From an uncultured Acidimicrobiia bacterium (GTDB lineage Bacteria; Actinomycetota; Acidimicrobiia; Acidimicrobiales; AC-14): a DNA stretch of 64,000 nt. How positions within the stretch are numbered: position 1 is the first letter of the stretch; each line of letters opens with the position of its first letter. A program made the position numbers and the translations under genes. Shown here piece after piece: positions 19,520-29,220 of the stretch. The DNA lies in contig CAWIIV010000019.1 of assembly GCA_963836205.1 (NCBI GenBank), positions 1 through 64,000 on the forward strand, given 5' to 3'. A model generated the notes under the pieces. The model was not told the origin of the DNA. It did not search any database and saw nothing but the letters and a program-made list of their open reading frames with translations.

Positions 19520-20949
19520 GGTCACGTCCACGGACGTGGTGTATGACCACCACCACGTCAACCTCGGGGACTTGTTTACCCCACCTTGGCCAGGTCGGTG
19601 TCGTTGGTCGTGTCATCGAGCCCTCCGTCGATGACGATCATTCGGGCCTTGGCCAGCAGCTCGGGGGACATGTAGCGCCGGGCGACGGCCCACTCGTCGT
19701 TCTGCTCGGCCAGCACTGCCCCCACGAGGCGGATCACGGCGGCCCGGTTGGGGAAGATGCCGACCACGTCGGTGCGCCGGCGCAGCTCCTTGTTGAGCCG
19801 CTCCTGGGGGTTGTTGGACCAGATCTGGCGCCAGTGCTCCTTGGGGAAGGTGGTGAAGGCCAACAGGTCCGCCCGGGCGTCGATGAGCATCCCGGCGGCC
19901 TCGGGGTACTTGGCCACCAGCTGTTCCACCACCCGGGCGTGCTGAGCGACGACCTGGGTGGCATCGGGCTGCTCGAAGATGGTGCGCACCCCCGTGGCCA
20001 CCATGGTCTGGGCCGAGCGGGGCACCTTGGAGAGCAGGTTGCGCACGAAGTGGGTCCGGCAGCGCTGCCAGGTGGCGCCCGGCAGCACCCCCGCGATGGC
20101 GGCCTTGAGGCCCTCGTGGGCGTCGGAGACGACGAGGCACACCCCCGACAGGCCCCGGGCCACCAGTCCCCGCAGGAACGTCGTCCAGCCTGCTCCCGTC
20201 TCGGTGGTGAACACGTCCATGCCCAGGATCTCCCGGTGCCCGTCGGCGTTGACGCCGCAGGCCACGGCGCAGGCGATGTTGACGATGCGGCCCTCCTCCC
20301 GCACCTTCTGGGTCAGCGCGTCGATGGCCACGTAGGCGTAGGGCCCGGCGTCGAGGGGCCGGGAGCGGAAGGCGTCGACGGCGGCGTCGAGGCTGCGGGC
20401 CATCTCCGAGACCTGGGACTTGGAGATCCCGTCGATGCCCATGGACTGCACCAGGGCGTCCACCCGCCGGGTCGACACGCCGGCCACGTAGGCCTCGGCC
20501 ACCACCGCCACCAGGGCCTTCTCCGCCCGCCGGCGGGGCTCGAGCAGCCAGTCGGGGAAGTAGCTGCCCGAGCGCAGCTTGGGCACGGCCAACTCGATGG
20601 TGCCGGCCCGGGTGTCGAAGCCACGGCCGCGGTAGCCGTTGCGGGAGTTCACCCGCTCCGGGCTGCGCTCGCCCCAGGCCGCGCCGCAGGCGTTGTCGGC
20701 CTCGGCCGACATGAGCTGCTCGGCGAAGACCTTGACCATGTCGCGGATGACGTCGTTGCCGCCCTCGCCGTCGATGTGCTTGCGCAGCCAGGCGAGTGCG
20801 CTAAAGGTGTCAGGGACCACCGTGTTCCTCCTCAGTTGGTTGCTTGGTCTCTTCCTTCTGAGGTTGACGCGGTGGTCGTCGCGTCGGGGGGATGGTCAGG
20901 CCGTCAGGCCCTCAGCGCCGACTCGTACACCACGTCTGTGGACGCAACT
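19520..20949 (-). mobile_element. IS256-family insertion sequence
   Basis: 24-bp imperfect terminal IRs (GGTCACGTCCACGGACGTGGTGTA vs AGTTGCGTCCACAGACGTGGTGTA); 9-bp duplication CATTCCCGC at 19511-19519 and 20950-20958. Confidence 0.92.
19576..20820 (-). CDS. IS256-family DDE transposase
   Basis: RNGYR, GVSTRRV, SDAHEGL, WQRCRTHF, NPQERLNKELRRR. Confidence 0.95.
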   Translation of the reverse strand: MVPDTFSALAWLRKHIDGEGGNDVIRDMVKVFAEQLMSAEADNACGAAWGERSPERVNSRNGYRGRGFDTRAGTIELAVPKLRSGSYFPDWLLEPRRRAEKALVAVVAEAYVAGVSTRRVDALVQSMGIDGISKSQVSEMARSLDAAVDAFRSRPLDAGPYAYVAIDALTQKVREEGRIVNIACAVACGVNADGHREILGMDVFTTETGAGWTTFLRGLVARGLSGVCLVVSDAHEGLKAAIAGVLPGATWQRCRTHFVRNLLSKVPRSAQTMVATGVRTIFEQPDATQVVAQHARVVEQLVAKYPEAAGMLIDARADLLAFTTFPKEHWRQIWSNNPQERLNKELRRRTDVVGIFPNRAAVIRLVGAVLAEQNDEWAVARRYMSPELLAKARMIVIDGGLDDTTNDTDLAKVG

Positions 20950-21031
20950 CATTCCCGCCCGACCTGCCACCGGCAGAATGACCCTCGTTCGCCGGTAGGG
21001 TCGAGGGCGTTCAGCGACGGAAGGAGCGGCA

Positions 21032-21892
21032 ATGCCGGAGCGTGACGGATACATCCCGGGCGTCCCCTGTTGGGTCGACACCAACCAGCCCGACCCCGAA
21101 GCCTCCCTGCCGTTCTACCGCGGCCTGTTCGGATGGGAGTTCGAGGACCGGATGCCGGAGGGGGCGCCGGGCAGCTACTTCATGGCCAGCATCCGTGGCG
21201 GTGACGTGGCCGCCATCGGATCGACACCCCCCGGTGCGCCGCCGAGGCCGACGTGGAACACCTACATCTGGGTCGACAGCGCCGACGAGACGGTCGCCAA
21301 GGCCCGCGAAGCCGGAGGCGGCGTGGCCATGGAGCCCTTCGACGTCATGGACGCGGGGCGGATGGCGGTCCTCGTCGACCCCGAAGGCGCCGTGATCTGC
21401 GTCTGGGAGGCGGGGGCGAGCAAGGGCGCCCAGGTCGTCAACGAGCACGGCTCGCTGAACTTCAACACCCTGGCCACCCGCGACCCCGAGGGGGCCAAGG
21501 CGTTCTACGGCGCCGTGTTCGGTTGGGACACGCTGGCGCTGCCCGGCATGCCCATGTGGACGCTGCCCGGCTACGGCGACCACCTCGAGGAAGGTTCGCC
21601 GGGCCTGCGAGAGCAGATGGCGCAGATGGGTGGGCCCGACGGCTTCATCGACGTGGTCGCGGCCCTCAACCCGATCGCAGCCGACGACGCCGACACGCCG
21701 GCTCACTGGAGCGTCACCTTCGCCGTCGACGACGCCGACGCGGCCGCGGCCAAGGCGGTCGAGCTGGGAGGAGAGGTCGTCGCCGGCCCCTTCGATGCCC
21801 CGTGGACCCGGATGGCGCTGGTCAAGGACCCGCAGGGCGCGACGTTCATCGCCAGCCAGTTCGTCCTCGAGAACAAGGACCTGGGGGCCTAG
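21032..21892 (+). CDS. Two-domain VOC/glyoxalase protein
   Basis: GVPCWVD..FY..LFGW; two DPxGA motifs. Confidence 0.88.
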   Translation: MPERDGYIPGVPCWVDTNQPDPEASLPFYRGLFGWEFEDRMPEGAPGSYFMASIRGGDVAAIGSTPPGAPPRPTWNTYIWVDSADETVAKAREAGGGVAMEPFDVMDAGRMAVLVDPEGAVICVWEAGASKGAQVVNEHGSLNFNTLATRDPEGAKAFYGAVFGWDTLALPGMPMWTLPGYGDHLEEGSPGLREQMAQMGGPDGFIDVVAALNPIAADDADTPAHWSVTFAVDDADAAAAKAVELGGEVVAGPFDAPWTRMALVKDPQGATFIASQFVLENKDLGA

Positions 21893-21957
21893 CCCGGCCA
21901 ACTCGGGGCCGCTGCGCACCGCTGCCCTTTGCGATCCATCGGCGCCCGGTCCCCCGC

Positions 21958-22098
21958 TCCGGCGAGCGAGTGGCGCGAGTGGGCCCAAGGAGGGACCGGT
22001 AGTGCCACCGGCTCGGACGGCTGGCGGCCCGGGCCCCGGTCCGGCGAGCGAGTGGCGCGAGTGGGCCAGCGGAGGGACCGGTAGTGCCACCGGCTCGG
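21958..22098. repeat. Two 59-bp direct copies of an imperfect palindrome (REP-like)
   Basis: Copies at 21958-22016 and 22040-22098, 82-bp period. Confidence 0.85.
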
Positions 22099-22216
22099 CT
22101 CCCCGCGACGACGGGCAGTTCGCCGACTCTGCCGGGCGGCCTGCGCCGCTCGCAGGTGCCTGCGTCCCAGGAAATCCGTCCCCCCCGACGGGTTCGGTCG
22201 GGCACGATGGGCCGCC

Positions 22217-23050
22217 ATGGCGGCGATGGACGTGTGTTCGAGCGGGGACCCCGGTGAGGCCCTCGACGCGGCCGGCGGGTTCCTGCTGGCCGAGCCGGTC
22301 CGGAACAGCATCTTCTTGACCATGCTCCACGAGGGGGTCGCGGGCCGGTATTGGTGGGCGGCGGTGGACGCGGCGGTGGTCGGGTTCGCCATGCAGGCGC
22401 CGGCCGGGTTCAGCACCGGGGTCGCCCCGGCCGGACCGGAGACCATCGACGCCCTGTGCGACCGGCTCATGGTCGACGTGCCCGACCTGCCCGGCGTGAT
22501 CGCGGAGGCGGGGGTGGCGGCCCGGTTCGCGGGCCGGTGGGCCGAGCGCCTGGGCGTGCCCGCCCGGCCGGTCGAGGCGCAACGGGTGTACCAGCTGGAC
22601 ACCGTCGTCCCGCCCGCTCGCCGGGCCGAGGGCCGGTTGCGGCTGGCCACCGCCGACGACCGTGACGCCCTGGTGCCGTGGGCCGCCGGCTTCCTCGCCG
22701 ACGTCGGCGGCCTGCCCGAGCACGACCCGGCGGCCGTTGTCGACCGCCATCTGGCCGCCGACCGGCTGTGGCTGTGGGACGACACCGGGCCGGTGACGAT
22801 GGCGTCGGCGACCGCACCGCTGGGCGGTGTGAGCCGGGTGGGCCTCGTCTACACGCCTCCGGGCCTGCGCCGCAGGGGGTACGCCACCACCTTCGTGGCC
22901 GCCCTGTCGGAGCGGCTCCTGGCCGACGGGGCCGACCGGTGCATGCTCTACGCCCAGCTCCACAACCCCACGTCGAACGGGATCTACGTCCGGATGGGCT
23001 ACCGAGCCGTCAGCGACATCGTGTTCTACCGCTTCGGGCCGGCCGCGTAG
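22217..23050 (+). CDS. GNAT acetyltransferase
   Basis: VYTPPGLRRRGYA, NPTSNGIY.RMGY. Confidence 0.9.
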   Translation: MAAMDVCSSGDPGEALDAAGGFLLAEPVRNSIFLTMLHEGVAGRYWWAAVDAAVVGFAMQAPAGFSTGVAPAGPETIDALCDRLMVDVPDLPGVIAEAGVAARFAGRWAERLGVPARPVEAQRVYQLDTVVPPARRAEGRLRLATADDRDALVPWAAGFLADVGGLPEHDPAAVVDRHLAADRLWLWDDTGPVTMASATAPLGGVSRVGLVYTPPGLRRRGYATTFVAALSERLLADGADRCMLYAQLHNPTSNGIYVRMGYRAVSDIVFYRFGPAA

Positions 23051-23055
23051 GACTG

Positions 23056-25170
23056 TCAGCCGGTCGCCGTGGCCAGGTCGTGGGCGATGCCCGCGGTGAG
23101 CGTCGCCGCGCCCGACAAGCCGGGAACGGCCACGGGCGAGGGGTGGTCGGTGAGGGTGCCGTCGCCGAGCTGCCCGAGGTTGTTCCAACCCCATGCCCAC
23201 ACGCCTCCCCCGGGACCGAGGGCGAGCGAGTGGTAGCCGCCGGCGGCCACCGACGTCACCCCGGCCGGACCCGGCACCGGCACCAGAGCGGGCGACGACG
23301 AAGGTGACGCGGCCGTCACCGCCCGGCCCAGCTGGCCGGTGTTGGCCAATCCCCACGAGCGAACCGTGCCGTCGATCCCGAGGGCCAGGCTGTGGCCGAC
23401 CCCCGCCGCCACCGAGGCCACGCCGGTGAGCCCGGGCACGGCCGCCGGGGTGGACCTGTCGGCCGTGGTCCCGTCGCCCAGCTGGCCCCAGACGTTCCAG
23501 CCCCAGGCCCACACCGCGCCCCCAGGGCCGACCGCGAGGCTGTGGTAGCCACCGGCGGCGATGGCGGTCACGCCCGTCCCGACCGCGGCCACCCGGGCCG
23601 CGTCCAACGGCGATCCGCCCCGGCCCAGCTGGCCGACGGCGTTGAGGCCCCACGACCACACCGAGCCGTCGGCGGTACGGGCCAGGCTGTGGGTGGCCCC
23701 GGCGGCGATGGCCGTCACCCCGGTGAGGCCGGCCACCCGAACCGGCTGCCAGCGGTCGACTGCGGTGCCGTCGCCCAGCTGGCCGTGGGCGTTCCAGCCC
23801 CACGCCCAGACGGTTCCGTCGGACTTCAGCGCCAGGGAGTGGAACACGCCCGCCGACACCGCCACCACGTCCGCCAGCCCACCCACTACGCCCGGCGAGG
23901 AGGCGTCGCCCGGCCAGACCCGTCCGAGTTGGCCGACGTGGCCCAGTCCCCACGTCCACACCTGCCCGTCGGCGACGGCCAGCGAGTGGAACCCGCCCGC
24001 GGCCACCGCCTCGACCCCGGTCAGGGCGACCGGCACCGGCCGCGCCCGGTTGCCGGCGGCGCCGTCGCCCAGTTGCCCGTAGGCGTTGAAACCCCAGGTC
24101 AGGCCCGGTGTCGCGGTGGGGTCGCCGGTGCCCAGGAACACGCTGTCGGCCACGTTCCAGTGGGTGGCCAGCCAGCTGCCGGGGACGGGGTTGGTGGAGA
24201 AGTAGTCGTCGTGGTTGCAGTCGAAGAGGTGCTCGGCCGCCAGCGGGCACACGTAGCGCAGGGGGGTGCCCGTGCCGTCGTCGCCGCACATGCGGTCGAA
24301 CTCGTCGGTGCAGTGGTAGCCGATGGTGGCGTGGGGGGCCGACGGCTGGACACCGCCCAGGATGTGCATCAGCTCGTGGGCCTCGGTGGAGTGGGCCAGT
24401 CCCCAGCAGCCGTTGTCGACCCGGGCGATGGTGCCGGCGACCGCGCCGCCGTTGTTGACATTCACCGCGCCCGGCCGGTCGTCGCCCAGCATCGACCCCA
24501 GCCCGCAGTACACGTTGGCGTCGACGTACACCAGGTAGCGGCGGTCGGTGCGGTTGTAGCCCTGGGCCCACAGGTCGCGCACGGTGGCGTTGAACGTGTC
24601 GTCGCCGGAGGTGGTGAGCACCACCCGGCCGATGGCCAGGTTGCAGGCGGGATCGGTGAGGAAGCGGACGTGGCGGACTCCCCCGGTGGCGGCCGCGCTG
24701 GCCGCCACGGTGTGCTCGACCCGGGCCGTCCACGCCTCGAAGGAGGCGGCGTAGGCGGCGAAGCGGTCGGGGACGTCGGCCGCCCGGGCGTAGAGGACCT
24801 GGACCCGCATCCCATCCGACCCGTCGCCGAAGCAGGCGAAGGGGCTGGGTCCCTCGGACGCGGTCGGCGCCCGTTCCGGGGCCCGGCGCTGGCGGACGTC
24901 GACGCCGTCGGGGGCGGGGTCGGGGCCGTGGGTGCAGACCGGCGGACCGTCCCCCGGGACCTCGAACATCCCGGCGCAGGCACCCCCGGTGGCGGCCGGC
25001 GCCAGCCCCTCGTGGACCACGCCCCGGCGGACGTCGTCGGGCGGTCCCGGGCGGGCGGCGGCGCCGGTGGCCGGCCCGGTCGCGGTGAGCACGGCGGCCA
25101 CCGCCAGCACCACCGTCCCCAGGCCTCGGTGGACTCGGCGGGCGCGGCGGGCGGCCCCGGCCCTGGTCAC
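23056..25170 (-). CDS. Secreted Cys-rich HExxH metallopeptidase-like domain plus RCC1/BLIP-II propeller (paralog 2)
   Basis: Signal peptide, EAHELMH, HCTDEFD, repeated WGxNxxGQLG...AGxxHSLA. Confidence 0.85.
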   Translation of the reverse strand: MTRAGAARRARRVHRGLGTVVLAVAAVLTATGPATGAAARPGPPDDVRRGVVHEGLAPAATGGACAGMFEVPGDGPPVCTHGPDPAPDGVDVRQRRAPERAPTASEGPSPFACFGDGSDGMRVQVLYARAADVPDRFAAYAASFEAWTARVEHTVAASAAATGGVRHVRFLTDPACNLAIGRVVLTTSGDDTFNATVRDLWAQGYNRTDRRYLVYVDANVYCGLGSMLGDDRPGAVNVNNGGAVAGTIARVDNGCWGLAHSTEAHELMHILGGVQPSAPHATIGYHCTDEFDRMCGDDGTGTPLRYVCPLAAEHLFDCNHDDYFSTNPVPGSWLATHWNVADSVFLGTGDPTATPGLTWGFNAYGQLGDGAAGNRARPVPVALTGVEAVAAGGFHSLAVADGQVWTWGLGHVGQLGRVWPGDASSPGVVGGLADVVAVSAGVFHSLALKSDGTVWAWGWNAHGQLGDGTAVDRWQPVRVAGLTGVTAIAAGATHSLARTADGSVWSWGLNAVGQLGRGGSPLDAARVAAVGTGVTAIAAGGYHSLAVGPGGAVWAWGWNVWGQLGDGTTADRSTPAAVPGLTGVASVAAGVGHSLALGIDGTVRSWGLANTGQLGRAVTAASPSSSPALVPVPGPAGVTSVAAGGYHSLALGPGGGVWAWGWNNLGQLGDGTLTDHPSPVAVPGLSGAATLTAGIAHDLATATG

Positions 25171-27296
25171 GGGGCGGCGGTGAGGACGTGGGCCACGCCG
25201 GCCGACGCGGCGTAGGTGCCGGTCACGCCGGCGACCGTCACCGGCCCCGACCGGTCGATCATGGTGCCGTCGCCCAGCTGGCCGAAGACGTTCCATCCCC
25301 AGGCCGAGGCCGCGCCTCCCGCGCGCACGGCCACGCTGTGGTAGCCGCCGGCGACGACCGCAGTGGCGCCGGTCACGCCGGGGACGATGGCCGGGCTGGC
25401 CGACTGGCCCACCACCGGCCGGCCGAGCTGGCCCGATGCCCCCAGGCCCCACGACCGCACCAGGCCGTCGGCGCCGAGGGCGAGGCTGTGTCCGGTGCCG
25501 CCGGCCACGGCGACCACGCCGGTGAGGCCGGGGATGCCGACCGGTGCCGGACGGCTGGTGGTGGTCCCGTCGCCCAGCTGGCCCCACGAGTTCCATCCCC
25601 AGGTGGCGACGGCCCCCCCGGCCACGACCGCCAGGCTGTGGTAGGCGCCGGCCCCGATGGCGGTCACGCCGGTGAGTCCAGGTACCTGCTGCGGGAGGGT
25701 CGCCTGGGCCGGGCTGGCCGATCCCAGCTGGCCGACGCCGTTGGCGCCCCAGGTCCACACCGTCCCGTCCCCCTTGAGGGCCAGGTTGTGGAGGCCGCCG
25801 GCGGCGATGGCGACGACGTTGGAGAGGCCGACGACGGGCCCGGGCAGGCTGCGGTCGACGATCGTGCCGGTACCGAGCTGGCCGTAGGCGTTCCAGCCCC
25901 ACGACCACACCGTCCCGTCACCCTTGAGGGCGAGGGAGTGGAAGACGCCGGCGGACACGGCGGTGACCCCGCTCAAGGCCCCCATGACCGGTCCGGGGAT
26001 GCCGAGGCTGACGGTCGAGCCCCGCCCGAGCTGGCCCACGTGGCCCAGGCCCCACGACGACACCGTCCCCCCCGACAGGACGAGGGAGTGGAAGCCGCCG
26101 GCGGCCACCGAGTCGACCTTGGTCGGGGTCAGCAGGGTCGCCGTCGGCCGGCTGATCAGCGACGCGTCGCCCAGCTGGCCGTAGCCGTTGAACCCCCACG
26201 ACCGGGCCGGGAAGGGCTCGACGGTGGCCAGGAAGGCGCTGTTGGCCGTGTTCCAGTGGGTGGCCAGGTAGCCGAGGGCCGGGGTGAGGGTGGAGAAGTA
26301 GTCGTCGTGGTTGCAGTCGAAGCGGTTCTCGTGGGACGCGGCGCACGGGTAGGTCAGCACGACTCCGGCCCCGTCCTCGTAACACATGCGGTCGTACTCG
26401 TCGGTGCAGTGGGCGTTGGCGGTGACGTGGGGGGCGGTGTCCTGCACTCCTCCCAGGTTGTGCATCAGCTCGTGGGCCTCGACCGAGGCCGGGCGGCCCC
26501 AGCAGCCGTTGTCGACCCGGGCGACCGTCCCCGGCACCTCCAGGTGGCCGTTGTTGTAGTTGACGCCGGGCGTGGTCGAGGGCCGGTCGTCGTAGTAGAT
26601 CTCGCCGATGCCGCAGTACACGTTGGCGTCGACGTAGACCAGGTACTTCCGGTCGGTGCGGTCGTAGCCCTGGGCGACGAGCTCGTCGATGGTGGTCCCG
26701 AACTGGTCGTCGCTCGACGGATCCATCGTCACCCGGGCCACCGACAGGGAGCAGCCGGCCCCGGTGACGAACCGGATGTGGCGGGTGCCGCCGGTCTCGC
26801 CCGCGCTGGCGCTGACCACGATGTCGGCCGCGAGCGACCACTGCACGAGGGAGGCGGCGAGGGCGGGGTAGCGGTCGGGGACGTCGGACGAGCGGGCGAA
26901 GATCACCTGGACCCGGTAGCCGCTGGTCCCGTCGCCGTAGCAGGGCACCGGGGGGGCGGCCTGGGCGTCGGCCGAGGCCCCGCGGCCGGCGGCGGCGGCC
27001 GGCACCAGCTCGGCCGTCGAGCGGGACAGGCGCACGTCGACGCCGTCGGGGGCGGGATCGGGGCCGTGGGTGCACGAAAGGGGTCCGGGACCGGCCGGCG
27101 CCCGGGTCGCGACCTGGAACTGGCCCTTGCAGGCGGCGGTCGGGAGCAGGCCGTCGAGCACGATCCCCTTGCGGGCGTCGGTGGCCGGGGGCGGGGCGGC
27201 GGTGGCGACGGCGGTGGTCACCGGCGCGATCGTCAGGAACAGCAGCGCGACGACGACACCGACCCTCCGGGACACAGCAGTAGATGTCGTCCTCAA
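25167..27296 (-). CDS. Secreted Cys-rich HExxH metallopeptidase-like domain plus RCC1/BLIP-II propeller (paralog 1)
   Basis: Same architecture; start may be GTG 27275. Confidence 0.85.
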   Translation of the reverse strand: MRTTSTAVSRRVGVVVALLFLTIAPVTTAVATAAPPPATDARKGIVLDGLLPTAACKGQFQVATRAPAGPGPLSCTHGPDPAPDGVDVRLSRSTAELVPAAAAGRGASADAQAAPPVPCYGDGTSGYRVQVIFARSSDVPDRYPALAASLVQWSLAADIVVSASAGETGGTRHIRFVTGAGCSLSVARVTMDPSSDDQFGTTIDELVAQGYDRTDRKYLVYVDANVYCGIGEIYYDDRPSTTPGVNYNNGHLEVPGTVARVDNGCWGRPASVEAHELMHNLGGVQDTAPHVTANAHCTDEYDRMCYEDGAGVVLTYPCAASHENRFDCNHDDYFSTLTPALGYLATHWNTANSAFLATVEPFPARSWGFNGYGQLGDASLISRPTATLLTPTKVDSVAAGGFHSLVLSGGTVSSWGLGHVGQLGRGSTVSLGIPGPVMGALSGVTAVSAGVFHSLALKGDGTVWSWGWNAYGQLGTGTIVDRSLPGPVVGLSNVVAIAAGGLHNLALKGDGTVWTWGANGVGQLGSASPAQATLPQQVPGLTGVTAIGAGAYHSLAVVAGGAVATWGWNSWGQLGDGTTTSRPAPVGIPGLTGVVAVAGGTGHSLALGADGLVRSWGLGASGQLGRPVVGQSASPAIVPGVTGATAVVAGGYHSVAVRAGGAASAWGWNVFGQLGDGTMIDRSGPVTVAGVTGTYAASAGVAHVLTAAP

Positions 27297-27345
27297 ACCA
27301 GGGCAACTTGAGGTCGGGCCGGAGCCGCCGTGCTAGCACTGGCGC

Positions 27346-28336
27346 ATGCGATTTCAACCACGGCGGATCGCCCTCGCCTCCGCGTTCCTCCTCGCTCTCA
27401 CCACCGCCGCCTGCAGCTCGGGCGACGACTCCTCCGAGTCCACCGGGCCGGGCGACGACTCGGCCGCCGCCGCCACGTCGACCACGGCGCCGACCACGAC
27501 CGGGCTCGGCCACCACGGTGGTCCTCGACGATCCCGGTGCCGAGCCCCGGCAGCCCCTCGTCCTGCGCCTGACCGCCGGGAGCCGGGCCCAGGTCGCCTT
27601 CCAGACGGGCCTCGACATCGAGATGAACCTCGACGGCACCGAGCTGCCCACGGGTGTGTTGCCGGCCACGTCGATGGTGTTCGAGGAGGTCATCGATGGG
27701 GTCGACCCCGACGGCACCGTCCACTACTCGCTGACGTTCCGGGAGGTGAAGGCGGTGGCGACGGCCGAAACCGACCCGGAGCTGGTGAGCCAGACCCAGG
27801 CCAGCCTGGACGAGCTCGAGGGGCTATCCGGCACGGGGACCTTCGACCTTCACGGCGGCGCCCAGACCGCGACCTTCGACACCGGCGCCCTCAGCTCGTC
27901 GCTCGCCTCGACCCTCAACTCGATCTCGTCCCAGGTCGGGAACCTGGCGGCGCCGTTCCCGGTCGAGCCGGTGGGGGTCGGCGCCCGGTGGACGACGACC
28001 GCGTCGGCGAACATCAGCGGCATCACCATGAACACCACGACCCACTACACCCTGCGCAGCCGCACCGGTGACCAGTACGAGCTCGACCACACCACGGAGG
28101 CGGACGCGCCACCGGGCGCGGCCAGCTTTCCCGGCCTGCCGTCGGGCACCCGCGCCTCCATCACCCGGTTCACCCTGCAGAGCACGGGCCGAACGACCGG
28201 CGACCTCACCCGGCACCTGCCGCTGACCAGCTCCGGGAGTGGCAGCGGCGACGGCATCTTCACCGTAGGCGTCGGCGCCCAGCAGTCCGAGCTGGTCCAG
28301 CACCTCACCGTCGAGCTCACCCTGGGCCCGGCCTAG
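27346..28336 (+). CDS. Beta-rich lipoprotein (apparent frameshift near 27510)
   Basis: Lipobox TAAC, Ser/Thr linker; body (DPGAEPRQPL, FPVEPVGVGARW) in another frame. Confidence 0.7.
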
Positions 28337-28349
28337 CCCGCCGGTCGCC

Positions 28350-28913
28350 ATGGACGACGAGCGCAGCCAGAAGGAGCGGATGCTCGCCGGCGACCTGTAC
28401 AACGCCGACGACCCCGAGCTGGCGGCCGAGGGGCTGCGGGCCATGGGCCTGCTGGAGGCGTACAACCGCAGTCCGGCCGCCGACCCCGCCGGCCGGCGCC
28501 GGATCCTCGACGAGCTGCTGGGGGCGTTCGGCGCCGGCAGCGAGATCCGGCCCCCGTTCTACTGCGACTACGGCTCGCACCTGCGCATCGGGGCCCGGGT
28601 GTTCGCCAACTTCGGCCTGATGGCACTCGACGTGGCCCCGATCACCATCGGCGACGACGTCCAGATCGGGCCCAACGTCCAGTTGCTGACGCCCACCCAC
28701 CCCACCGAGCCCGGCCCCCGGCGGGACAAGTGGGAGGCGGCCCGGCCCATCGTGGTGGGCGACAACGTCTGGCTGGGCGGCGGGGCGATCGTCCTGCCCG
28801 GCGTCACCATCGGCGAGAACACGGTCGTGGGCGCGGGCGCGGTCGTCACCCGCGACCTGCCGGCCGACGTGGTCGCCGTCGGCAACCCGGCCCGGGTGGT
28901 GCGAGGGCTGTAG
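28350..28913 (+). CDS. Sugar (maltose-type) O-acetyltransferase
   Basis: KERMLAGDLY, PFYCDYG, hexapeptide repeats, GNPARV. Confidence 0.92.
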   Translation: MDDERSQKERMLAGDLYNADDPELAAEGLRAMGLLEAYNRSPAADPAGRRRILDELLGAFGAGSEIRPPFYCDYGSHLRIGARVFANFGLMALDVAPITIGDDVQIGPNVQLLTPTHPTEPGPRRDKWEAARPIVVGDNVWLGGGAIVLPGVTIGENTVVGAGAVVTRDLPADVVAVGNPARVVRGL

Positions 28914-28928
28914 CCCCGCCCACCCGTT

Positions 28929-29164
28929 CGAACCGGTGACGTTTCGGTCCTGTGTGGCGACCCTTTCCGTCACCGGTTCGCCGAGGTGTGCGATCCCGGC
29001 CCCGCCCAACGGATCGAACTGGTGACGTTTTCGGTCCTGTGTGGCGACCTTTTCCGTCACCGGTTCGACCGAGGTGTGCGCCCCCGGACCCGCCCAACGG
29101 GTCGAACTGGTGACGGTTTCGGTCCTGTGGCGACCTTTCCGTCACCGGTTCGCCGAGGTTGTGC
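28929..29164. repeat. Three tandem hairpin units (86-88 bp period)
   Basis: CGAAC(C/T)GGTGACG...CGTCACCGGTTCG at 28929, 29015, 29103. Confidence 0.9.
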
Positions 29165-29170
29165 GCCAGC

Positions 29171-29198
29171 TCACAGAGGGCACTCAGCATGCTCACAG
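29171..29198 (+). promoter_or_regulatory. PhoP/MprA-type direct-repeat box
   Basis: TCACAG/ACTCAG/TCACAG at 11-bp period upstream of htrA-RR-HK. Confidence 0.65.
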
Positions 29199-29220
29199 GA
29201 AGCGGGGGCTTACTCTGGGC

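Noticed and set aside
21958-22098. Mini-CRISPR
   Set aside because: Two 59-bp copies only; repeat too long; no leader or cas genes
21011-24733. 1240-aa minus-strand ORF and similar long Arg/Pro/Gly-rich ORFs
   Set aside because: Shadow frames of real genes in high-GC DNA
23056-27296. Nucleotide repeats as a DNA-level repeat system
   Set aside because: Explained by RCC1 blade coding repeats and paralogy
28929-29164. CRISPR array
   Set aside because: Units are about 50-bp hairpins with mutually similar linkers; only three copies; no cas genes
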